Source: Phycisphaerae bacterium (GTDB lineage: Bacteria > Planctomycetota > Phycisphaerae > Sedimentisphaerales > Anaerobacaceae). From it: a stretch of DNA of 42,316 bases. The notes under the pieces were generated by a model. That model had not been told where the DNA came from. It did no database searches and saw only the letters and a program-made list of their open reading frames with translations. Shown here piece by piece: positions 22,748-30,300 of this stretch (within the stretch, counting starts at the first letter, position 1; each line of letters opens with the position of its first letter). The DNA lies in NCBI GenBank assembly GCA_041308485.1, contig JBFZBL010000092.1:1-42316 (forward strand). The letters are read 5' to 3'. Made by a program: the position numbers and the translations under genes.

Positions 22748-24256
22748 TCAGGTTTTCTTTTTTCGGGTCGGTGGTGCCGCCTTTTTCGCCGGTTTTTTCT
22801 CTGTGTGGGCTTTGGCTGTTTTGGCCGGCAGGTGTTTTGCCGGGATTTCGGCCTTTTTAGCCGGTTTATCGTGTGTTTTTTCGGCCGTTTTCTTGTGCTT
22901 TGGCGCCTCGATCTTGTGTTTTTCCGCTTTCGGCTCGACCTCGGTAATCTTTGCTGACTCGAGCAGTTTGTCTATGCACTTTTGTTCGCGGACCTGAAGC
23001 CTGAACTGTTCCAGTGACCCGTCCCGCTGCATTTCCTCTTTCATTCGCTCGGGGCGGACGTGTTTCTGGATGGCCAACTGGGCGATATGCCCGTTGACCT
23101 CCTCATCAGTTGTTTTGATTTCGAGCTTCTCTGCCACCTTGTCCATTATGAAGAACGCCTTGAGCTGTTCCTTTGCCTGCTGCTCGGTGTTTGCCTTCAA
23201 CTGCTCGATGTTTTTGTCAATCTGCTCTCTGTCGATACCCTGCATCATGAGGTTGATATACTGACGGCGCAGCATCGTGACGGCCTGGTCGGCGATAATG
23301 CCAACTGGCAGCTCGAAACTGATACTGTCGAGCAGGTATTTGTAAATCTGCTCGGCCATCTCTTGTTTCGCCTGACCTTCGAGCCGGCCCTGCAGCTTCT
23401 CCCGAATAGCCTTTCGTAGCTCTTCCTCATTGGCAACGCCGCATTTGCTTATTGTTTCCTGATTCAATTCGGCGGGCTTTAGCCACTTGATGTCCTTAAT
23501 TGTTATCTTGATATCGACCTTCTTGCCTCGCAGTTCCTCTCTGAAGAATGTCTTCGGCACTTCAACTTCTGCGGTCTTGACGTCTCCGGTTTTAGCGCCA
23601 ATCAGAATTTCGTCTAACTTTTCGACGGGCACGTCCGCCACAAAACCGTTGGCCCGTGCGTATATCTCGGTGTTATCGACTTTCTGCTCCTGCCCCTCGA
23701 TATTCAGCATAATGTCCGCGACGACCTGGTCTTCGTTCTCGACCTTTCCGCCTTCCTTCGGCGTCCACGTCCCCGCGTATTTGCAGAGCATCTCGATTTC
23801 CCTGTCGACGGTTCCTTCGGTTACCTCGTGTTTTGTCTTCTCGACGGCTATGCCTTCGAGTTTGGGCAGCTCGAACTCGGGCCGCACCTCAACCTCAAAC
23901 TCGAACTTCAGTGCGCCTTCCGCGGGCAATTCTATCTTCTCGTAATCAATCTCCGGCTCGCGCAAAACATCCAGCTTGCTTTCCTTTATCGCTGTGTCGC
24001 TCGCCTCGGCTAATATTTTCAGCTTTGTCTGCTCGCCGATTTCTTTGCCGAACCGTTTTTCCAGCAATCGTCTCGGCGCGCGACCTATCCTGAAACCCGG
24101 CACAAGCGCCTCTTTGCGCAGCGTCTCATACTGCGCGTCGGAGGCCTTTGTTATCGTCTCTCGAGGGACCTCGATGATGACCTTCTTTTTGCACGGGCCT
24201 GACTGTTCGATTTTTACGGTGTTCTTCGGGGTTGTTTCTTCGGTTTGCTCTGCCAT
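22748..24256 (-). CDS. tig: trigger factor with a Lys/Ala/Pro/His-rich C-terminal tail
   Basis: N-terminal ribosome-binding region with GFRIGRAP (the GFRxGxxP signature), then PPIase-like and C-terminal arm regions. Gene order is tig then clpP. The last 65 aa or so are KAEKHKIEAPKHKKTAEKTHDKPAKKAEIPAKHLPAKTAKAHTEKKPAKKAAPPTRKKKT. Confidence 0.9.
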   Translation of the reverse strand: MAEQTEETTPKNTVKIEQSGPCKKKVIIEVPRETITKASDAQYETLRKEALVPGFRIGRAPRRLLEKRFGKEIGEQTKLKILAEASDTAIKESKLDVLREPEIDYEKIELPAEGALKFEFEVEVRPEFELPKLEGIAVEKTKHEVTEGTVDREIEMLCKYAGTWTPKEGGKVENEDQVVADIMLNIEGQEQKVDNTEIYARANGFVADVPVEKLDEILIGAKTGDVKTAEVEVPKTFFREELRGKKVDIKITIKDIKWLKPAELNQETISKCGVANEEELRKAIREKLQGRLEGQAKQEMAEQIYKYLLDSISFELPVGIIADQAVTMLRRQYINLMMQGIDREQIDKNIEQLKANTEQQAKEQLKAFFIMDKVAEKLEIKTTDEEVNGHIAQLAIQKHVRPERMKEEMQRDGSLEQFRLQVREQKCIDKLLESAKITEVEPKAEKHKIEAPKHKKTAEKTHDKPAKKAEIPAKHLPAKTAKAHTEKKPAKKAAPPTRKKKT

Positions 24257-24421
24257 GTTTTTCTCCTATCGTACCGGGCCAACTCTCATACAAAATAAAA
24301 ATGGCGTTAGGAAACCTGATTCCCGCAGCCACATTTTTTTCATATTTCGTTGCCCAAACGCGTCGGCGACCAACGCCAAACTACTCATTTAGCCGGTAAC
24401 TCGCCGACACTATATATTCAA

Positions 24422-24493
24422 AGCGGGTGATGAGGCTCGAACTCACGACATCCACGTTGGCAACGTGACGCTCTACCACTGAGCTACACCCGC
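24422..24493 (-). tRNA. tRNA-Gly (anticodon GCC)
   Basis: The reverse complement reads GCGGGTG TA GCTC AGTGGT AGAGC G TCACG TTGCCAA CGTGG ATGTC GTGAG TTCGAGC CTCAT CACCCGC T. No encoded CCA. Confidence 0.9.
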
Positions 24494-24708
24494 ATATAAC
24501 TGGTTCCTATTATAATTACTATTATCGACTCCTTGCAAGCGGTTTTTTAACAAAAAAACCGACCTTCCCGCACTTTGCTTGCCTCTAAATGCCAAATTTG
24601 CCGTTCTAATCTGTTCTACGCTTTTCTTTTCTTCAGTATCAAACCGCCGCTTACAAACCAGCTTATAAACAAAATCTGAAAATAGCCCAAACCTACCCGA
24701 ATCTTCTA

Positions 24709-25164
24709 TCAGTAATTCGCTCGGTGGTTTGGCATAGTTATAATTACATTACTGATGATATAAACCAAGAACATACAAAGAACGCCAACACCAGAACTTA
24801 TATAGTACCATTCTCCCGAAATAGAAAAGAAACGAGAATAGACAAGGCCCCCATAAACCCAGCCGCAAACAGTAAGCAATGGGTACAAAGAAATGAGATA
24901 GAATGGTAAAAGCGGCACAAAAGAAAGTACCCAAACTAGGGATAACACTAATATCAGCCATAAACTACACGATAGAAATAGACCAACTCCAATAAGAAAG
25001 GGGATAATAATAAATCTTACAATCAGTATACATACAAAATACATAAATAGCTTGTCAGGTTCTTCCCATGGCGGAACAGCCGCTCGCTTTTGGTTATAAT
25101 AAATCTTAAGCGATTGTATGTTGCACAGCCCAAGAAGCGTTAAAAGAAAACCTATGGTTTGCAT
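24709..25164 (-). CDS. hypothetical polytopic membrane protein in an AT-rich islet
   Basis: 151 aa with 4-5 hydrophobic segments and no recognisable motif. The local sequence is visibly more AT-rich than its flanks. Confidence 0.55.
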   Translation of the reverse strand: MQTIGFLLTLLGLCNIQSLKIYYNQKRAAVPPWEEPDKLFMYFVCILIVRFIIIPFLIGVGLFLSCSLWLILVLSLVWVLSFVPLLPFYLISLYPLLTVCGWVYGGLVYSRFFSISGEWYYISSGVGVLCMFLVYIISNVIITMPNHRANY

Positions 25165-25170
25165 TTTATT

Positions 25171-25410
25171 CTACTCCTGAAAATAAAACGTAAATTGGTT
25201 ACAATTTAATAGTTTCAAGTTTTTTTCAAGGAAAAACTGTTTTCCAATTTTGTGTATTGGTGGCCAACGACCTTTATCAAAATCTACTTCCCACATTGGC
25301 AAATTGTTATCATTGGGCCTTTCGTGTAAAGCAATTCCGTTCTCGTTTTTATATACACTGTTCTTGCCAATATATTTTACTCTATCACCTGGTTTCATTT
25401 TCGTTTTCAT
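25171..25410 (-). CDS. hypothetical 79-aa soluble protein in an AT-rich islet
   Basis: The ORF ends 6 nt upstream of the membrane-protein ORF on the same strand. Lys/Asn-rich with no motif recognised and no clear SD. Confidence 0.45.
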   Translation of the reverse strand: MKTKMKPGDRVKYIGKNSVYKNENGIALHERPNDNNLPMWEVDFDKGRWPPIHKIGKQFFLEKNLKLLNCNQFTFYFQE

Positions 25411-25680
25411 ATAATTGTAACTATGGCATTAGGGCTGATAAAATCCGTCTCGCTTCTATGGCTATCGGCTAAAAATACCCTCTTGTTTATCTGCTTTTTT
25501 GCGGGCTTAGAGGGCTTTAAGGAACATTCATACCCAGAATCCTGTCCCTGTTTCGTTCTTGACCCTGCGGCGGTGAAGGATGGCCTGCCTTTTCGCCTGT
25601 CCCGCCTGCACTGAGTTTATCGAAGTGAGTACAATCGAGGGGCGTTCAAATTAACTCCGGCCCCAGTTTTTATTTTTTGT

Positions 25681-25771
25681 TTGGAAATTTGCGGTTTGGT
25701 AATTTGAATTTGTTTAGGATTTAGGGTTTAGTGCTTAGGATTTTGAACTACACGCTGCACGCTGTCCGCTG
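25681..25771. repeat. 91-nt phase-locked heptamer array made of three unit families
   Basis: Thirteen consecutive 7-nt units in one register. They read TTGGAAA TTTGCGG TTTGGTA ATTTGAA TTTGTTT, then AGGATTT AGGGTTT AGTGCTT AGGATTT, then TGAACTA, then CACGCTG CACGCTG TCCGCTG. A 14-nt duplication TGAGTTTATCGAAG / TGAGTACAATCGAG lies just upstream at 25603-25630. Confidence 0.8.
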
Positions 25772-25919
25772 CTTTATGTCAATTTGGGTAACTTGCCCTC
25801 CATTCGACACACACAAAAACGAGGGGCAAGTAGGGTCAAGTAGGGGCAACTAAAAACTTCCTTATAATAGCATTAGTATTTCTTGTTGAAAAATAGGCAA
25901 TTGTGATTTTTTTGGGGGC

Positions 25920-25947
25920 TTGCAAATATCTAACTTGAGTTTACTAT
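25920..25947 (+). promoter_or_regulatory. candidate sigma70-like promoter for pcm
   Basis: TTGCAA (25920-25925), 16 nt, TACTAT (25942-25947), about 50 nt upstream of the ATG. Motif match only. Confidence 0.3.
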
Positions 25948-25996
25948 TAACCTGTAGCAGTTATCTCAGCCCGAAATCAGGGCGCAGGTGGTAGAA

Positions 25997-26758
25997 ATGA
26001 CAAAGAGGGCGTATTTAACGTTTGCTTTGGTTGCTTTAATAAGGCCTGGGCAGATATTTTGCGCGGAGCCGAATGAAAAGCCATTGCGGTGCGACCATAA
26101 GCATCAGGCGTTCGGGGAGCGGACGGAAGAGCGCTACGCAATGGTCAGTGAACAAATTAAGGCGAGGGGCATCGAAGACGCGAATGTCTTGCGTGCGATG
26201 AGAACAGTGCCGAGGCATTTTTTCGTGCCTCCCTCAAAAGAGCAATTTGCCTATAACGACTTCCCCTTACCCATCGGTCAGGAGCAGACAATCAGCCAGC
26301 CATATATCGTGGGATTTATGACCGAGGCGCTGCAGTTGAAGCCCGATTCGAAAGTTTTAGAGATAGGGACGGGCTCTGGTTATCAGGCAGCCGTATGCGC
26401 GGAAATCGCGGCGGAGGTCTGGACGATTGAGATTATCGAAGCCCTTGCCAAATCGGCCCAGGCCCGGCTTAAAGAGCTTGGCTATAAAAACGTTTCTGTC
26501 AAAGTCGGAGACGGCTACTTCGGTTGGGAGGAAAAAGGCCCGTTTGACGCCATTATCGGCACGGCCGCAGCCGAAAAAATACCGCCTCCTCTGCTTGAGC
26601 AGTTAAAGCCGACAGGGCGATTGATTCTGCCTTACGAAAACGAGAGTGGTTTGCAATATCTGGTTCTGGTTACCAAGGATCCTAACGGCACAATCCATAA
26701 AGAGAATGTCCTGCCTGTTAGATTTGTTCCGATGACCGGCAAAGTAAAAGAACATTGA
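25997..26758 (+). CDS. pcm: protein-L-isoaspartate O-methyltransferase with an N-terminal signal-like segment
   Basis: VPRHFFVP, QTISQPYIVGFMTEAL, VLEIGTGSGYQAAV and GDGYFGW...PFDAIIGTAAAEKIPPPLLEQLKPTGRLILP are PIMT blocks. The ATG at 25997 has AGGTGG 5 nt upstream; the GTG at 25988 is the listed start. The hydrophobic N-terminus is AYLTFALVALIRPGQIFCAEP. Confidence 0.9.
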   Translation: MTKRAYLTFALVALIRPGQIFCAEPNEKPLRCDHKHQAFGERTEERYAMVSEQIKARGIEDANVLRAMRTVPRHFFVPPSKEQFAYNDFPLPIGQEQTISQPYIVGFMTEALQLKPDSKVLEIGTGSGYQAAVCAEIAAEVWTIEIIEALAKSAQARLKELGYKNVSVKVGDGYFGWEEKGPFDAIIGTAAAEKIPPPLLEQLKPTGRLILPYENESGLQYLVLVTKDPNGTIHKENVLPVRFVPMTGKVKEH

Positions 26759-26816
26759 TATGAAAGGTAAGGCAAAATAAGCCAAAGAAAAAGCGTATGA
26801 GGAAAGGAGATCATCA

Positions 26817-27323
26817 ATGACCGAGGACGTTGTCAATGCCAGGCAGTTCAATCTTTTGGACGAAAATGGCAAGGTCCGCGCCCGTCTGGGGATGCAGAAC
26901 GGGCCGAAGTTAGTTTTTTTCGACGAGGATGGAAAGAATCGTGCCGAATTGACCGTGTCAAAGGATGGGCCGAGGTTGGACTTTAGCGACGAGAATGGCA
27001 AACTCCGCGCCTATCTGCGTGTGTCAAATGACGGGCCGGTGTTGCTATTTGGCGACGAGAACAGCAAGCCCTGCGCCTATCTGCGCGTGCCAAAGGACGG
27101 GCCGAGGTTGGCCCTGTTCGACGCGAGTGGAAAGCCCCGCGCCTATCTGCGCGTGTCAAAGGAGGGGCCTGTGTTGGAACTGGGCGACGAGAAAGGACTA
27201 CGCGCCGGTCTTGGGGCCGCCCAAGTTACTTCAAAGGATGGAGTTGTTGTTACATATCCCGAATCTTCCCTGGTTCTGCTTGATCCAGACGGCAAGGTGC
27301 AATGGCAGGCCTTTGTCCGGTAG
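26817..27323 (+). CDS. hypothetical protein built from tandem 22-residue repeats (D-E-x-G-K-x-R-A-x-L-x-V-x-x-D-G-P-x-L-x-L-x)
   Basis: Repeat-initial Asp residues fall at positions 15, 36, 58, 80, 102 and 124, a period of 21-22 aa. SD GGAAAGGAG lies upstream. No signal peptide. Confidence 0.75.
   Translation: MTEDVVNARQFNLLDENGKVRARLGMQNGPKLVFFDEDGKNRAELTVSKDGPRLDFSDENGKLRAYLRVSNDGPVLLFGDENSKPCAYLRVPKDGPRLALFDASGKPRAYLRVSKEGPVLELGDEKGLRAGLGAAQVTSKDGVVVTYPESSLVLLDPDGKVQWQAFVR
26853..27221 (+). repeat. 66-nt tandem coding repeat, 5-6 copies
   Basis: The DNA motif GCGCCTATCTGCG(T/C)GTG(T/C)CAAA recurs with a 66-nt period (near 27005, 27071 and 27137). The protein-level repeat is listed above. 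Confidence 0.8.
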
Positions 27324-27393
27324 AAGTCGCTGATATTCTGTTAAGATTATTTCGAATTGAACGGACAGCTGAAAATGAGAAAATCCAACCTAG

Positions 27394-27527
27394 CGGAGCA
27401 GGAGGGCCCGCCTACGCTGGCGCTACGGCGGGTAAAATTCTCCTACGGACCAGGGGTTTGCGGTCCAAGGGACAGCGCAAACCCTTCGAATCCCCACGCA
27501 GCACAAGCAGTTGTGCTGCTCTGCTCC
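27394..27527 (-). other. tRNA-Ser-derived cloverleaf-like element (possible ncRNA, pseudo-tRNA or relic att duplication)
   Basis: On the minus strand it begins GGAGCAG, the same 7 nt as the tRNA-Ser 5' acceptor. It ends CCCTCCTGCTCCG, the same 13 nt as the tRNA-Ser 3' end. Between the two lie three perfect hairpins: 27498-27506/27511-27519 (9 bp), 27454-27462/27476-27484 (9 bp) and 27407-27412/27427-27432 (6 bp). Confidence 0.35.
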
Positions 27528-27547
27528 GTTGTTCGCAGAGCTCACAC

Positions 27548-27633
27548 CGGAGCAGGAGGGATTCGAACCCCCGATACCCAAAGGGTATAACGGTTTTCAA
27601 GACCGTCGCTTTCAGCCGCTCAGCCACTGCTCC
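27548..27633 (-). tRNA. tRNA-Ser (anticodon TGA)
   Basis: The reverse complement reads GGAGCAG TG GCTGAGCGGCTGAAAGC, anticodon arm ACGGT-CTTGAAA-ACCGT, long variable arm TATACCCTTTGGGTATC, T arm GGGGG-TTCGAAT-CCCTC, then CTGCTCC G. Confidence 0.9.
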
Positions 27634-27802
27634 ATAATACCCATATATTATACTCGGCTGTTTAATTTCGCCAGTCCATAAACTTCGTTTTTCTATTGCC
27701 GCACCGTCGGGTAAGTGAAAATTATTGTCACTTTGCCTCCTGGGCGGGTAAAATGGCGATTTGAAAAATAAGGTTAACAGCACTGAAATTAAGGATATTC
27801 AG

Positions 27803-30298
27803 ATGAAACTGAGCACGGCACTCCTTTTAGCTCTTTCGTTCATAGTCGGGTGTTCAGCTCCTTTTGCGACTAAAGAGAAAGCCGGAAACACTCTAAAGCT
27901 TAACACCCTCGACTACTTTGAGAGCCGCGGGCTTAATGTGTTCGCGTTCAGCAACTGGTATGACGTGAACTTTTTTGATGATTCCAAATTGAGCGGGATT
28001 GAAATTATTCATCACGGCGTTCGCACCGCGACAAATGGCGACGTCCGGCTCAGTCCGACCCCCGCGCAGTGGGATCCTACTCCCAAATTGGTCGAGCGCA
28101 AGGTGAATAAGGAAGAAAACAATATCGAAGCGGTCATGGCTTACCCTGACTATAACTTTGTTTATACAGTAAGAGCCGAGGCACGCGGCGGCGGAATACT
28201 TCTTAATGTCAATCTTGATAAACATATACCCAGTGAACTTGTCGGCCGTGCCGGATTTAACCTCGAATTTCTTCCTGCCGCTTATTTTGAAAAAACATAT
28301 CTGATGGATGGTAAACCCGGCGTTTTTCCGCTGTACCCCGGCGGGCCAATGGCAGTGGACAAGTCAGGAACAACAGAGCCCAAACCGATTGCTGTTGGGA
28401 AGCTACTGGTTCTTGCCCCCGAAGATCCGGCAAGACGGGTTACTATCATAGCCAGAACGGGAAAGCTTTTGCTGTTTGACGGCCGCAACAAGGCCCAAAA
28501 CGGCTGGTTTGTTGTTCGCACACTTATTCCGCAAGATGCGTCCGGCCCGGTTGTCGATTGGTTCATTACAGCCAATACCATTCCCAACTGGACGCGCACG
28601 CCGGTGATTGCGCATTCGCAGGTTGGTTATCATCCTAACCAGAAGAAAGCGGCGGTTATAGAATTAGATAAAAATGATAAACCTCTGCCCTCTTGTCGTT
28701 TGCTGCAAATTACAGGAGACGGCCGATTTGTTGAAAAATATAAGGGTCAGACGAAAAAGTGGGGCCGGTATCTCAGATATAATTATTTAACTTTTGATTT
28801 TACGCCGGTTAAAGAAAACGGCCTTTATGTAATTGAATACGGCGGCGTGCGAACAAAGCCGTTCAGAATTGCGCCGGATGTTTACGAGAATGCCTGGCAG
28901 CCGACGCTGGATGTGTTCTTCCCCGTCCAGATGGACCATATGTTTGTTAATGAAGCTTATCGCGTCTGGCACGGTGCAGCCCATCTCGATGATGCGCTGC
29001 AGGCGCCGGTAAATCACAAGCATTTTGATTTGTATGCCCAGGGGCCCTCGACTGATTCACCGTATCAGCCCGGAGAGCATATTCCGGGATTAAATGTCGG
29101 CGGCTGGTTCGACGCTGGTGATTTCGATATTCGTACCCAAACGCAGTACGCCGTGATTTTAGGTCTGGTTCAAACATGGGAAACCTTCAGCCCCAAAAGA
29201 GACGAGACCACCATCGACCAGCAGTACCGTTACGTTGATATTCATCATCCGGACGGCGTTCCCGATTTGCTTCAGCAAATCGAACACGGCACGCTGGCGC
29301 TGATTGCCCAGCACAGGGTTATCGGCCACGCCATACCCGGCATCATCGATTCCAATCTTTCGCAGTATACCCATCTCGGCGACGCTTTGACCGATACCGA
29401 CAACCTGATTTATAATCCCAAACTGCAGCCCCACGAATCCGACGGTTTCACAAGCGGCAATTTTGACGACCGATGGGCTTTCACAAGTAAGTCAACGCCG
29501 TTGAACTATGGCTCCATAGCGGCTTTAGCGGCTGCGAGCCGGGCTTTGCGGGGGTACAACGACAAGCTTGCTGATGAATGTCTGGAGACCGCCAAAAAAG
29601 TATGGCAGGAAGAGCATAGTCACGAACCGAACCTGTTCCGTTCGGGCAACACCACCGGCGGCCCGCTGGAAGCCGAGGAGCTTACGGCAGCGGTCGAGCT
29701 TTTGATATCAACCAAAGACGCCGAGTATGCGAAGAGAATAAACGAATTTTGGCCGACCATCGAAAAACAATTCGGCCGTTACGCCGCCCTGGCCGTGCAG
29801 GTAATACCATATATGGATGAGTCGTACTCGAAAAAATTAGAGCCGTTAGTCAGGGCTTACAAAGATGAACTCGATAAGTACGACCTGCAGAATCCTTTCG
29901 GTGTCCCCATTTCAACAGCCGGCTGGGCGGGAAGCGGCTGGGTCGTTCGTTTTGCAATTACCAATTATCTTCTGCACAAGGCCTTTCCCGAAATTATCGA
30001 CTCTGAATACACGTTCAGTGGCCTCAATTATATTTATGGCTGTCATCCCGATTCCGACATCTCATTTGTTTCGGCCGTTGGAACTTATTCGAAAAGAATC
30101 GCATACGGAAACAACCGTGCCGACTTTTCATTTATCGCGGGCGGCATTGTTCCGGGTGTTCTTATCATCAAGCCGGATTTCCCCGAAAACAAGGAGGACT
30201 GGCCTTTTCTGTGGGCGGAAAACGAATATGTCATCGGCGGGGCGGCCAGTTATATATTTCTCGTAAACGCCGCGAACGATTTGGTGAAAGGAAATTGA
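27803..30298 (+). CDS. glycoside hydrolase family 9-like lipoprotein with an N-terminal extension and an Ig-like (CelD_N-type) module
   Basis: The ATG at 27803 has AAGGA upstream and encodes MKLSTALLLALSFIVGC (lipobox). GH9 signature GGWFDAGDFD and C-terminal WAENEYVIGGAASYIF. An Ig-like segment GYHPNQKKAAVIELD...FRIAPDVY precedes the catalytic domain. The listed ORF start at 27761 is probably too early. Confidence 0.7.
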   Translation: MKLSTALLLALSFIVGCSAPFATKEKAGNTLKLNTLDYFESRGLNVFAFSNWYDVNFFDDSKLSGIEIIHHGVRTATNGDVRLSPTPAQWDPTPKLVERKVNKEENNIEAVMAYPDYNFVYTVRAEARGGGILLNVNLDKHIPSELVGRAGFNLEFLPAAYFEKTYLMDGKPGVFPLYPGGPMAVDKSGTTEPKPIAVGKLLVLAPEDPARRVTIIARTGKLLLFDGRNKAQNGWFVVRTLIPQDASGPVVDWFITANTIPNWTRTPVIAHSQVGYHPNQKKAAVIELDKNDKPLPSCRLLQITGDGRFVEKYKGQTKKWGRYLRYNYLTFDFTPVKENGLYVIEYGGVRTKPFRIAPDVYENAWQPTLDVFFPVQMDHMFVNEAYRVWHGAAHLDDALQAPVNHKHFDLYAQGPSTDSPYQPGEHIPGLNVGGWFDAGDFDIRTQTQYAVILGLVQTWETFSPKRDETTIDQQYRYVDIHHPDGVPDLLQQIEHGTLALIAQHRVIGHAIPGIIDSNLSQYTHLGDALTDTDNLIYNPKLQPHESDGFTSGNFDDRWAFTSKSTPLNYGSIAALAAASRALRGYNDKLADECLETAKKVWQEEHSHEPNLFRSGNTTGGPLEAEELTAAVELLISTKDAEYAKRINEFWPTIEKQFGRYAALAVQVIPYMDESYSKKLEPLVRAYKDELDKYDLQNPFGVPISTAGWAGSGWVVRFAITNYLLHKAFPEIIDSEYTFSGLNYIYGCHPDSDISFVSAVGTYSKRIAYGNNRADFSFIAGGIVPGVLIIKPDFPENKEDWPFLWAENEYVIGGAASYIFLVNAANDLVKGN

Positions 30299-30300
30299 TT

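Noticed and set aside
23487-23945. 152-aa plus-strand ORF
   Set aside because: It is antisense within trigger factor, and its Ser-rich low-complexity translation marks it as a shadow ORF.
24422-25650. AT-rich islet as a tRNA-targeted integrative element
   Set aside because: The islet lies on the 5' side of tRNA-Gly(GCC), not the 3' side. No integrase and no direct repeat of the tRNA end were found, so only the compositional anomaly is reported.
25681-25771. Possible CRISPR array or other spacer-repeat structure
   Set aside because: The units are only 7 nt, contiguous and without spacers, and no cas genes are present. No region of the window has repeats of 24-40 nt separated by unique spacers.
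27302-27637. 111-aa and 77-aa plus-strand ORFs
   Set aside because: They overlap tRNA-Ser(TGA) and the tRNA-derived hairpin element on the opposite strand. The open frame is explained by structured GC-rich RNA-gene sequence.
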